From NCBI GenBank assembly GCA_963835575.1, contig CAWIGG010000002.1:1312001-1376000 (forward strand): a stretch of DNA of 64,000 bases, in the 5' to 3' direction. This stretch comes from an uncultured Spirochaetota bacterium (GTDB taxonomy: Bacteria; Spirochaetota; Brevinematia; Brevinematales; JAOACQ01). Shown here piece by piece: positions 10,909 through 21,100 of this stretch; the stretch's first letter is position 1; each line of letters opens with the position of its first letter. A program made the translations under genes and the position numbers. The notes beneath the pieces are model-generated. The model saw nothing but the letters and a program-made list of their open reading frames with translations. It was not told the origin of the DNA and made no database searches.

Positions 10909-10993
10909 ATTGGTAGAATACATTGGGACTCGAATTTTTTGAGTTTCAATATTCTAAATGGGAAATCCCGAATAAAGGCTTTCAGGAGGTTCG

Positions 10994-11935
10994 ATGAAGA
11001 AATTTATATTATTCTTGGCTATTATACTTTTCTACCGATGCTCTTCATCGCCGCTGGGACAGCCAGTCAATCAATCGAGCACTTACAGCAATCCCGTGAT
11101 CACCAATCTGGCCGATCCAAGCGTACTCTACTATAACGGGAAATACTACCTGTCGGGCACCGGCGACACTGTAAGCTACGATATTTACACCTCCAGCGAT
11201 CTTGTCAACTGGGTTAAAGGCAATAAGATATTCACCCCCGCCGGGGGAATTAATCTCTGGGCCCCGGATCTATTTTATAACCCGACCGACGGGAAGTTCT
11301 ACCTTTATTATGCCATGAATTATTCCATAGGGGTCGCATGGTCGGATACCCCGGACGGCATTTACACCGATCTTGGATATATCATTAGCAATGCCATAGA
11401 TCCCCAGATGTTTCGCGACGACGACGGTTCGTATTACCTGTATTATTCCGGGATCAGAACCAACCTTTCAGACCCTGATTACAGCAGGATTTATGTCCAG
11501 CCCATGTCAAGCCCGACAAACTTGCAAGGGTCCCCGACTTTAGTTCTAAGTCCCGATCAGGCCTGGGAGACTTCCGTCCAGGAAGCCCCATGGTTACTCA
11601 AATACAATAATACCTATTACCTTCTTTTTTCAGCAAACAACACTGAATATGTTACTTATGCCGTGGGATACGCGACCTCTTCCAGTCCCGTCGGGCCGTT
11701 CGTGAAGTACGGGGGAAATCCGTTTCTTCAAGCGACCAATAATGTTTATGGCCCGGGTTCATGCACCGTAACGACCGATAAAAAAGGGACTTTCTGGATA
11801 ATTTATCATGAAAAAGACGATTCCGCAAACGACTGGTCGCGGTCTGTCGCCATTGACAGGTTATGGTTTGACACGAATGGGGTCATCAATGTAAACCCCA
11901 CCCGCGGCACGGCCGAAGCAGCGCCCTCGGAATAG
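10994..11935 (+). CDS. Glycoside hydrolase family 43, probable lipoprotein
   Basis: NPVI..LADPSV, LWAPD, AIDP..F.DDDG, QEAPW. Signal peptide ends in a Cys (FYRC-SS). Confidence 0.88.
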   Translation: MKKFILFLAIILFYRCSSSPLGQPVNQSSTYSNPVITNLADPSVLYYNGKYYLSGTGDTVSYDIYTSSDLVNWVKGNKIFTPAGGINLWAPDLFYNPTDGKFYLYYAMNYSIGVAWSDTPDGIYTDLGYIISNAIDPQMFRDDDGSYYLYYSGIRTNLSDPDYSRIYVQPMSSPTNLQGSPTLVLSPDQAWETSVQEAPWLLKYNNTYYLLFSANNTEYVTYAVGYATSSSPVGPFVKYGGNPFLQATNNVYGPGSCTVTTDKKGTFWIIYHEKDDSANDWSRSVAIDRLWFDTNGVINVNPTRGTAEAAPSE

Positions 11936-12365
11936 TTACCCGGCAGTCTGCGTCCTAATCCCTATCCATGTAAAACCTTTGACCCAATAATTTACTTATC
12001 AAGTCCGCTTTAGATTGATCAGCTATAGCAGCTTTGATATTTTAAGATTGTTGCCCTTAATCGTAGCTTTAAACCGGCAAAAATCGGATTATACTGTCAA
12101 TATATAAAATTAACTAAGTTTTTTTTCAATTAATGAATATAATTCTTTCGAGATTTCAGAAATTTGGTATATATATTTATTCCCAATAAAAACATTTTTA
12201 TTATTAACTTTGTTATAAATCCCTCTTCTAAATGTTTTTATCAATAATCCAATATATTTTCTTTCTTTTTTACTAAGATAAGTATATTTTTCAAAAGAAC
12301 TTTCAAGTCTTTTAAAAAAATCCTTTATCTTCCTTCCGTGGTTTTCCGTGAAATTCCATGGCTAC

Positions 12366-13580
12366 CTACCCCACCCAAAAATCAAATGTAAACAACGTCA
12401 TCAGCATCGCCGCTAACAATACGCTCCCATAACTCCACGCCCTGTCGAAGACTTTATTTTTCCCGAACTCCCCGAGGTACAGAAAGAGCGACGGCGCCGC
12501 GAGGACATAGCGTATCATCCCCTGCGCCGGGCCGCTTGCCAGGGATATAAAAATAACAAAAAAGCTGAATAAAGCGATATCAGGATATTTTTTGAAAGTG
12601 AAAATGACAGAGACCAATCCCAGAAATATGGAGCCGTACTCCATAGCATAATATACACGTGTGGAAGGATTGCCGCCGTATAAGAGCAGACTGAAGCCGT
12701 TAAGCCACTGGTCGATCGAGAAATACTGCAGAAGGCCCCTGTTAAAAAAGGTTGACTCCACCGCTTCGAATCCCTCGCCGAGGAGCGAGAATTTCCAGAT
12801 GAGGAACGCGGCTATTGGTATTACTATTAAAAGTCCTTTTAATAATTTCCATGGGAACGGTTTGAAGGACAATTCTTTCCAGTTAATTTCCTTGATAAAA
12901 GCGTAAGCCAGCGGGATAAATAAGAGTATGCCGACCGCACGGGTCCATACTGCCAGCGCCGCCAGGGCAGCGGCCCAGGCAAGTTTTTTATTACGGCAGA
13001 GCGCTATGGAAGAAAAAGCGAGCCCGATAAAAAGCCCCTCGGTATAAACCTGGGCCATAAAAAAGGCGCCCGGGAAAATAAGGAGATAAAACGAAGTCCT
13101 GAAAGCCCCCTCCTCTCCCAGGTCAGGCTTCGCTATATAATAGAGGGCTATCATGCCGGCCAGCGCGCCTAAAAGAGAAACGATTACACCCGCCAGCGAC
13201 GCCGCCGCGACAGGGTTTAACGGGCTGAGTTTCAGGGGAAAGGCGAATATTTTAATCATAAAGGGATAGAAAGGGAAAAAAGCGTAATTCAGGGAATATC
13301 TTTTCCCATCAGGACTGAATGTATACCGGACTTCCGGGTCGTCATAACCTTTGACGGCGATGGACAGGTAAAACTCCGAATCCCAGGCGACATGATTATT
13401 CATGAACGGTTCTTTTAAATAATACCGGCTGTCCTGCCCGCCTTTTGACGTCTCTGTAACGGTCCATCCGAGGGCCGTATCGGGAGACTTTAAAATAAAG
13501 CGCATCTTGACAATCGCCTGGTAACCCAGCGTGATGAAAGCCCAGCAGAGCCAGAGGATGATCAGTGGTTTTAATTTCAT
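12366..13580 (-). CDS. GT-C fold membrane mannosyltransferase (PIG-V-like)
   Basis: WDSEFYLSIA.KGY, YAFFPFYP, YTEGLF, multiple TM helices. Confidence 0.78.
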   Translation of the reverse strand: MKLKPLIILWLCWAFITLGYQAIVKMRFILKSPDTALGWTVTETSKGGQDSRYYLKEPFMNNHVAWDSEFYLSIAVKGYDDPEVRYTFSPDGKRYSLNYAFFPFYPFMIKIFAFPLKLSPLNPVAAASLAGVIVSLLGALAGMIALYYIAKPDLGEEGAFRTSFYLLIFPGAFFMAQVYTEGLFIGLAFSSIALCRNKKLAWAAALAALAVWTRAVGILLFIPLAYAFIKEINWKELSFKPFPWKLLKGLLIVIPIAAFLIWKFSLLGEGFEAVESTFFNRGLLQYFSIDQWLNGFSLLLYGGNPSTRVYYAMEYGSIFLGLVSVIFTFKKYPDIALFSFFVIFISLASGPAQGMIRYVLAAPSLFLYLGEFGKNKVFDRAWSYGSVLLAAMLMTLFTFDFWVG

Positions 13581-13616
13581 ATTGGTCTCCTGATTTAAAA
13601 TTTCACCTCAAAGTCT

Positions 13617-13785
13617 GTCATTGCGAGCGCCCTGTTCTTTCCTTTGCACCTGATTATAGCGCGAAGCCATCTGTCTACACATTAAGCAATCTTTATTTGC
13701 CGACAGATTGCTTCGCATCAAGATTTCCGTCAGGGTATTAAGCCGGATGCTCGCAATAGCCTGCCCTGAGCTTGCGAAGGGACGG
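13617..13785. repeat. Palindromic REP/RPE-like element, copy 2 (inverted, with a 23-nt insert)
   Basis: Reverse complement aligns with 2259-2405. AGCCTGCCCTGAGCTTGCGAAGG splits GCTCGCAAT^GAC. Confidence 0.8.
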
Positions 13786-13946
13786 CTTCTTTATATATAA
13801 TAAAATATAATTCAATCTTTTTCCATCCGCCGTAAGTATGAATTTATGTATTATAATAAAAATACAGCCTTTTTTCTTCAATAATTTCAGAAAATATTTT
13901 ATAATAATCTTTGTTTTGATATAATCATAAACAGTCTGGAGTTAAT

Positions 13947-15068
13947 ATGGAAATTCTTAAATCGATCCGCAAGGACATAATAAAACTTTATTATTATACG
14001 GCCGGAAAAAGCCCGCAGGCAAAAGGCGGGCGGAAGATCAAGCTGTCCTCGAATGAAAACCCGCTGGGAAGCTCGCCGCTGGCGCTCAAAGCGATGGAAG
14101 AAGAGCTGAAAAACGCCGTCAATCTTTATCCCGATTCCAAAATGAGGCTCCTCAGGGAAGCGGTTGTCACTTTCTGGAAAAAGAAAGGAATAGAAATAAA
14201 AGAAACGGAACTGCTTTTCGGCGACGCTTCGGGCGAGATCATCAATATGCTGTTATCGGCTTTTGTCACCGACGGCGACAATGTGATCATTTCCGAAAAA
14301 AGCTTCAGCCTATATACACTTCTTTCGGTATCAAAAGGCGCTTCCCTTATCGAAGTGAAGCGGAAGGATTACTGCGTGGACCTGGACGGCATAGCGGAAG
14401 CGGTGAAAAAAGCTGATAAGCCCAAGATGGTCATTTTTTCAAATCCCGACAACCCGACATCGACATTTAAGAACAGGGATGAAATAAAAGCTTTTCTGGA
14501 TAAAATTCCGCCGGCGACGGCCGTTCTTCTTGACGAAGCGTATATCCATTTCGCCGGACTGGAAAACTCGGCGATATCCTTTTTGAATGAATATCCCAAT
14601 TTGATACTGGCATATACTTTTTCAAAGGCTTACGGACTGGCCGGCCTGCGCGTCGGGTACGCCGTATTGAATGAAAAGATCGCGGAACAGCTGGAAAAGA
14701 TCCGCCTTCCTTTCAACCTCGGCCTTCTTCAGCAGAAAGGCGCCGCAGCCGCGTTGAATGACGAGGATTTCCTGGATAGAACGCTTAATGTTGTGGAAGC
14801 CGGGAAGGCTTTTTTATGCGGAGAACTGGACAAACTAGGCATCCGGTACCTGAAGCCGTACGGCAATTTCATTTTCGCCGATTTCGGCGGGAACAGCGCC
14901 CAGATCATGAAGCATATTGAGGAAAGCGGTATAACTCTGCGGCCGCTCGCGTCATTCGGCTTTTCAGATAATTTTGTCCGGATCAGCGTCGGGACACAGG
15001 TAGATAATCAATATTTGATAGATAAGATCAAAGAGGGCCTTGATAAAAGGCAGTTCCAAAAACCTTAA
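13947..15068 (+). CDS. hisC: Histidinol-phosphate aminotransferase
   Basis: IKLSSNENPLG, NPDNPT, LDEAY, TFSKAYGLAGLRVGY. Confidence 0.92.
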   Translation: MEILKSIRKDIIKLYYYTAGKSPQAKGGRKIKLSSNENPLGSSPLALKAMEEELKNAVNLYPDSKMRLLREAVVTFWKKKGIEIKETELLFGDASGEIINMLLSAFVTDGDNVIISEKSFSLYTLLSVSKGASLIEVKRKDYCVDLDGIAEAVKKADKPKMVIFSNPDNPTSTFKNRDEIKAFLDKIPPATAVLLDEAYIHFAGLENSAISFLNEYPNLILAYTFSKAYGLAGLRVGYAVLNEKIAEQLEKIRLPFNLGLLQQKGAAAALNDEDFLDRTLNVVEAGKAFLCGELDKLGIRYLKPYGNFIFADFGGNSAQIMKHIEESGITLRPLASFGFSDNFVRISVGTQVDNQYLIDKIKEGLDKRQFQKP

Positions 15069-15229
15069 AGTTTTTGGAACTGCCTGGTTATAAAAAACTT
15101 TTTGGATAATTTAAATGACGCTGCCGCAGAGAGTTCGCTGGTTGGTGAGCTTGTCGAACCACGAACTCGGCGGCCGCATGAACTAATACAAAATTGGCAG
15201 TTCTAAAAACTCATGTTTTTAGAACTGCC
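15049..15229. repeat. Two GGCAGTTC..GAACTGCC hairpins flanking a GGTGAGCTTGTCGAACC unit
   Basis: Hairpins at 15049-15084 and 15196-15229. Related copies at ~34405 and 35083-35141. Confidence 0.7.
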
Positions 15230-15252
15230 ATTAAGTAATAGCGGAGGACAGA

Positions 15253-15957
15253 ATGCAGGCAATTGTACTGGCCGGGGGAATGGGCCGGCAGATCAAATCG
15301 GACCTGGGAAACGCGCCCAAACCCATGGCGGTAGTCAACGGAAGGCCTTTCCTGGAATTTGTGCTTCTCTTTTTAAGGAAGAACGGGTTTGAGAATATCA
15401 TCATATCGACCGGGTATATGAAGCCTGTTATAGAAAGCTATTTCGGCAATGGAAAAGAATGGAAGCTTAAGATTAAATACACCGACGAGGATTTCCTGAG
15501 GGGAACGGCCGGCAGCGTCAAGCTGGCCGAGGATATGATCGAGGGGGAGCAGTTCCTTGTCGTGAACAGCGACACGTTCCATGATATCCCTGTTTATGAA
15601 CTCATTAAAGCCCACCTGACATACGGGGGTTTTGTCACCATGGCGCTTAAAGAAACATCCAGCCCGGAAAAATACGGCGCCGTCGAGCTTCTGGAGAATA
15701 AGCAGGTGTCGCGCTTCCTCGGGCGCGGCCATAAAGACTACGCCCGGCTTGTGAATACCGGGATTTATATTTTTAATAAGGAAGCCCTCAAGCTGATCCA
15801 GCCGAATGAGAATATATCGCTTGAGAAGGACATATTTCCCCTCCTCTCCAAATTAGGCAAGCTGTACGGCTATGTCTGCGACGGGTATTTCCTCGATATC
15901 GAGGTCCCCGAGAATTATGAATTGATCAAAAAGAAACTCAAGGAATTGATCCCTTAG
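15253..15957 (+). CDS. Sugar-phosphate nucleotidyltransferase (HddC/mannose-1-P guanylyltransferase-like)
   Basis: AIVLAGGMG, PKPMAVVNGRPFL, GTAG, NTGIY. Confidence 0.85.
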   Translation: MQAIVLAGGMGRQIKSDLGNAPKPMAVVNGRPFLEFVLLFLRKNGFENIIISTGYMKPVIESYFGNGKEWKLKIKYTDEDFLRGTAGSVKLAEDMIEGEQFLVVNSDTFHDIPVYELIKAHLTYGGFVTMALKETSSPEKYGAVELLENKQVSRFLGRGHKDYARLVNTGIYIFNKEALKLIQPNENISLEKDIFPLLSKLGKLYGYVCDGYFLDIEVPENYELIKKKLKELIP

Positions 15958-16766
15958 AGCAGCGGTTTTTTCCTGAATATATAAAGCTCGCCGTCGGGCT
16001 GATCGCTTAAGAGGACGAGCGAATAACTGCCTTTCCTCAGGGAGATCGAGCATTGGTCGCTCAAAGGATGCTTTTCATTGATGAACTCCAGCTCCTTGAT
16101 CGTCGTTCCCCGCAGGCGCACGGAAATACTGCCCCTCTTTATACTGCTGTAAACACAGAAAAATTCTTCGCCGGGCTTATCAATGCTGAAATTATATACA
16201 GTAAGATTCGTGCTTTCAACCTTAATCATATTGGTAAAAAAAACCTTCTCATAACCTTCGGGAGGGTTATTCAGACTGCCGGAATCAATTCTGGCAAGGC
16301 GCGAGAACATTTTTACATCCGGCTTTTCATTGCTGATATAAATATTAAATTCGCCCTTTAAATCAGGGTTTTGAGCTATAATTTCATAACGCCCTTTCCG
16401 CAGTAGAAAGGAGGATTGAGCGATCCAGTAGTCGCCCTTCAATAGATCGATTTCCTGCCCGTTCACTCCTATGATGTTCTGATCGCCTTTCAGCTGGAAC
16501 CATTTATCCCCGTCATACTGGGCCAGCAGGTAAATATAGACGACTTCCGGCTGTTTTAAGTCAAAGCGGTAGACAACCGGGTCGATCAAATTGGTTTCTC
16601 TGGCGGGTATGGAATATACCTGAGTATAACTTGCGTCAGGTTCATTGATTTTTCTCAGGTCATGGATGTTTTTCATATTCTCGACAAGGCCCTGGCTGAT
16701 GTAGTATGTTAAAATTCCGCCGCCGGCCAATACTAAGAAAAAAAACAATATTCTTTTCCAAAACAT
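15954..16766 (-). CDS. Hypothetical membrane-anchored protein
   Basis: 270-aa ORF with an N-terminal hydrophobic helix and two similar beta-rich halves. Confidence 0.7.
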   Translation of the reverse strand: MFWKRILFFFLVLAGGGILTYYISQGLVENMKNIHDLRKINEPDASYTQVYSIPARETNLIDPVVYRFDLKQPEVVYIYLLAQYDGDKWFQLKGDQNIIGVNGQEIDLLKGDYWIAQSSFLLRKGRYEIIAQNPDLKGEFNIYISNEKPDVKMFSRLARIDSGSLNNPPEGYEKVFFTNMIKVESTNLTVYNFSIDKPGEEFFCVYSSIKRGSISVRLRGTTIKELEFINEKHPLSDQCSISLRKGSYSLVLLSDQPDGELYIFRKKPLL

Positions 16767-16954
16767 ATTTTCCCGCCTTTTTTTATGTCAAAGAGGTTCT
16801 CTTCATCTTTCAGGAGAGAGAACTATCTTAAATATCAAGTATATTTCAGCCGGTGGAAAAAATCAAAATATTTTTAATAAAAGTCACTTTTTTTATGGAA
16901 AATATTTATAGAGAGTATTATAATATCATATATAATCTGATACACGGAAATAAA

Positions 16955-17596
16955 ATGGATAATAATGACGTATTCGGGGCGATACGGGAATCCATGGTCG
17001 AAGAACAGATCCGTTCAAGGGGCATACAGGACAAACGGATCCTGGATGTCATGAAAATAATACCGCGCCATCTGTTCATTCCTCAATCAAACTGGAAGGA
17101 AGCCTATAATGACTATCCTCTTGAAATCGGCCACAGGCAGACTATTTCACAGCCCTATATCGTCGCGCTCATGACCGAGCTTCTGCAGGTCAAGGGAAAT
17201 CATAAAATTCTGGAAATCGGGACCGGTTCAGGCTATCAGACGGCGGTATTGGCTTCCCTCGCTAAGGAAGTCTTTACTGTGGAGAGGATTGAAGGCCTTT
17301 ACAATCATGCTCAAGAAACATTAGACAAATTGTCTTTTAATAACATCCATTACCGCCTGGGAAACGGGTACACCGGATGGAAAGAAAATGCCCCCTATGA
17401 CGGGATTATCGTTACAGCGGCCCCTGCCAGGCTCCCGCCCGATCTGATTGCCCAGCTCAGGGTTAAAGGAAGGCTTGTTATCCCGGTCGGAGAACCTTCT
17501 CTTCAATTATTAAACGTCTATACAAAAAAAAGACCCAACTCCGTTCAAGAAGAAACCATCTGCGGCGTCAGGTTTGTCGAACTGGTCAAAGAATAG
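16955..17596 (+). CDS. pcm: Protein-L-isoaspartate O-methyltransferase
   Basis: QTISQPYIVA, LEIGTGSGYQ, APYDGIIVTAA. The ATG at 16955 is preferred as start. Confidence 0.95.
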   Translation: MDNNDVFGAIRESMVEEQIRSRGIQDKRILDVMKIIPRHLFIPQSNWKEAYNDYPLEIGHRQTISQPYIVALMTELLQVKGNHKILEIGTGSGYQTAVLASLAKEVFTVERIEGLYNHAQETLDKLSFNNIHYRLGNGYTGWKENAPYDGIIVTAAPARLPPDLIAQLRVKGRLVIPVGEPSLQLLNVYTKKRPNSVQEETICGVRFVELVKE

Positions 17597-17628
17597 CTTT
17601 TAGCCATTAGCCTTTAGCTGTTAGCTAA
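17594..17628 (+). repeat. Five tandem TAGCnnn heptamers
   Basis: TAGCTTT TAGCCAT TAGCCTT TAGCTGT TAGCTAA. Confidence 0.7.
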
Positions 17629-17679
17629 GCCGAGATTATTCATATCAATCGGTTCGTTAAAGAGGACAGCCTGGCCCTG

Positions 17680-17964
17680 TATGCTGGATTTGGCATGGTG
17701 GAAGATGAAACCGGGAAAAAGAAGCCGGGTCAAAAAAAGAAGATGAAACACTGCCACGAATATAACCGGCGATTGAAAAACGCGTTTATGAACGCTGCCA
17801 AGAACTTTATTCATTGGAATCCGGACCACCATCTTGCCGGAATGCATCGAAATTTGATAAAAAAAGGAATGAGCAGACTGGAAGCGAATAAAAGGGTTGC
17901 CAGAGCATTGGTTCGTAAGGTATTCCGAATGTTGAAGGATTATGCAGAGTCGGGAAATATATAA
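17680..17964 (+). pseudogene. C-terminal remnant of an IS110-family transposase
   Basis: YAGFG...ETG...YNRRLKNAF...ANKRVARALVRKVFRML resembles the IS110 C-terminus. Confidence 0.6.
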
Positions 17965-18156
17965 AAAAAGAAGAAAATGGGGTGGCAAAAGTGGGTTAGA
18001 AACCCTGCGGAAATTTTCCGCGTGCAACACCTCCATTTTCTTCAGATTTTATTATATCAGACTACTGAGGTTTGTTAAATATTTGATTGGAAATTATTTG
18101 ACTTAACTAAAACAATCTCTGTGGCAAGGAAATTAACACTATAATTAAAAAATCGC

Positions 18157-21100
18157 TCAATTTGGGTTAACAGGAAGTAAAATAATAAATTTTGTTCCTT
18201 TCCCCGGCACACTCTCTATTCGAATTGAACCCTTGTGCCTTTCCACGATTTTCTTGCATACCGCCAGTCCGATACCGTTTCCTTCATATTCATCCTTCCC
18301 ATGCAGACGCTGAAACATCTTGAATATTTTATCATAATCCTTCTCATCAATCCCGATGCCGTTATCTTCCACCGCCAGCATGCAGTGACCCTCCGGGGCT
18401 TCTTTCAAAGCATAGATTTTTATCACCGGAGGCTCATCCGGCTTATGAAATTTTACGGCATTGGCTATCAGGTTCTGAAATAACTGCATCATCTGTATCA
18501 GATCCGCCTCAATTATGGGTAAGGGGCCAGCTTCTACCCTCCCGGATGTCTTTTTTATCCGTAATTCCAGGTCAGATAAAACATCTTTTACCGCCAGATT
18601 CAGGTCCACGGAAGTATAAGGTTTTGCCTGAGTGGTAACCCTTGAATAAGTGAGAAGGTCATCAATCAAAGCCTGCATTCTTACAGTAGCGTTCTGCATT
18701 CTGTCAACGTAGCCGCTTCCCTCTTCCTCCAGGGTAGAATAATACTTCTTTTTCAGCATTTCCCCAAAAGTGTTAATTTTACGCAATGGTTCCCGCAAAT
18801 CATGAGACGCGATATAGGCAAATTGTTCCAATTCAGCGTTTGATCTCTCCAATTTTTTATTCGCGTTAAGCAGCTCGGCGGTACGTTCCTTAACCCTCAA
18901 ATCCAGTTCTTCATTCAATTTTCTCATCCCGTCGTATAACCTGGCGTTCTCTAATGAAATCGCGGCCTGAGATGATAAGATATTTAATACTTCAAGCCTT
19001 TCCGGCGTAAAAGCATCCGTCAGCAGATTATTCTCAAGATAGAGAATACAAACCAGTTCGCTTTGTCTGAAGACCGGCGTGCAAAGCACTGATTTTATCT
19101 GATTCTTTGAAATGTAGGAATCTGAGACAAACAAACCTTCCTGGGACGCGTCCCTCAGAACTATATTTTCTTTTGTCCGTTTTACATATTGTATGATTGC
19201 GGGTGAAAGTCCCTGGGATTCTGACACCGGCACGGCTTGGAAGCCGCCTTTTTCCTTCCCCAATAAGCCTTCAGCTTCAATAAAAAGATTTTCATCATGT
19301 TCTAAAATGAGAAATCCTTTTTGCGCTCCGGCGCTTTCTATTACAATATTCATTAAATTATTTAACAGCTTTTCCCTTTCTATTTCCTGTGAAATCGACT
19401 GCGACGCTTTTAATACGGCCGCAAAATCAAGGCTCATTAAAGAAGGAACCGCGCCTTTAGCTTCTTCCATCAGCAGATGGGGATATTTTTCCTCGAGGTC
19501 TTTGACTTTGGCCGTTGCTCCCCATTTTATATAGCAAAAGCGTGCTTCTACCATATATTTCTTCATATTTTCCATATCACCTGTTCTCTGCATTAATAAT
19601 GAGGCCCGTTCATTGGCAATTGCCTCGTTCTGCTTGTATCCGTTTTCACGCGCAGATTGAATCGCCTGGCCGTAAAGATTTTTTGCCTTTTTTAATTGTC
19701 CCTGGATAACAGCCAGTTCGGCTTCGACCAGAAGGTATTTATGCAGGAAGTTCTCGGGGCAGAACTTCGCCCACGTCCGTATCTTTTTCTGGTTTTTCGC
19801 GAGCTGTCTTATGTGACTGCGCCTTTTACCGGCAGATACGGAATTGTATCCGGCCGTCAGAGCGAGCGAATAATAAAAATAGAATTCCGCGACGTGCAGG
19901 GTGCCGATAGCAATCTCAATGATTTTTTCCATTTCTTTCGCTATCCCTATGCATCTGGTATAATTACCGATAAAAAATTGAATCCTCATCCTGACCAGGA
20001 GATGATAAAATACGCCGAGAAGATTGTTTGCTGCTCTATATTTTATCAGTTCATTCTCTTCATTATATCCGCCGCTATTCAGGGTATTGCTCCTTTCAGT
20101 CAAGCCTTTAAAATTCAAATACATCTGCGTGTTTTCATGATAATTGCTCGCCACAAAGGGGTCTTTCACGCCCAGTTGGAAATTCTTGTAATTTTTGTAT
20201 TCAGTAAAAATATCATCAAGATTGTCCCCGATCATGATACGATACATGCACAGGACATTGATGCTGTGGCCGCAATAAATCATGTCGCCCGATTCGAGGC
20301 CATACTTATAGGCATCCCGCAGGTATTGGATGTCTTCTCTCGCTTGCCTGGTCCAGTGAAGAATAAAATAGCCAGTGAGAAAATTTAACGTACACCTGTT
20401 TTTTGGGGTATTTAACTTTTCGTTCAGTTCAAGCGCGGCTCTGGCGAACCGATAGCCCTCGTTATAGAATCCAAGACCTGAACCGATTATGGGCCCCAAC
20501 GCAACCCATGCGAGAGACGATACTTCGACATTGCCTTTTTTCAGCATCATGTTTATAAGTTTAATGATGGTTACTGTCCACAAATTGGGATCAACATAAT
20601 AAGCCGCTGTGCCGGTGCTGAAGGATAGATCTCCGATAGCAATTCTCTCCGGATCCGTGTCTCTCGAAAGATTGATGATGTCTTCAATCCTCCTCCTGCC
20701 GAAGTTTAACCTGAGCCTTATGAGTTCAAGCAACACGTGTATTTTACCCGGTTTTTTCGGAATATGGTGCCCAACCATGTCGAAGCCCTCAAGGCCAAGC
20801 CTGATGGCCTCCTTATAGTCGCCGATGTTCGTATACAGGACGACCATGATGGTATATGCGTTCGTCTGATCAACAACGGTCTTCGCGTTTTTTGTAACAA
20901 TATCAAAGAGCGAAACAGCGACTTCGAAGTTGCCGGTAAGATATTCGCACTCCATCCGCTCACGGAAAAGCGAAAAGGTAAGTTCATATTCAACATCCCA
21001 GCTCTGCTCCGGAAGGAGTTCGATCCCTGTTGTCAGGTATCTCACCGCAGAGCCGTACGCCGTAGATTTCTTTGCCTTGATCCCGGCCATCCGGTTCAAT

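Larger units (their letters stand above)
9771..10971 (+). mobile_element. IS1380-family element, degenerate and internally deleted
   Basis: IRs CCGGGATTTCCCAGATG / ATGGGAAATCCCGA. Transposase fragments [40 protein letters not shown]. Confidence 0.88.
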
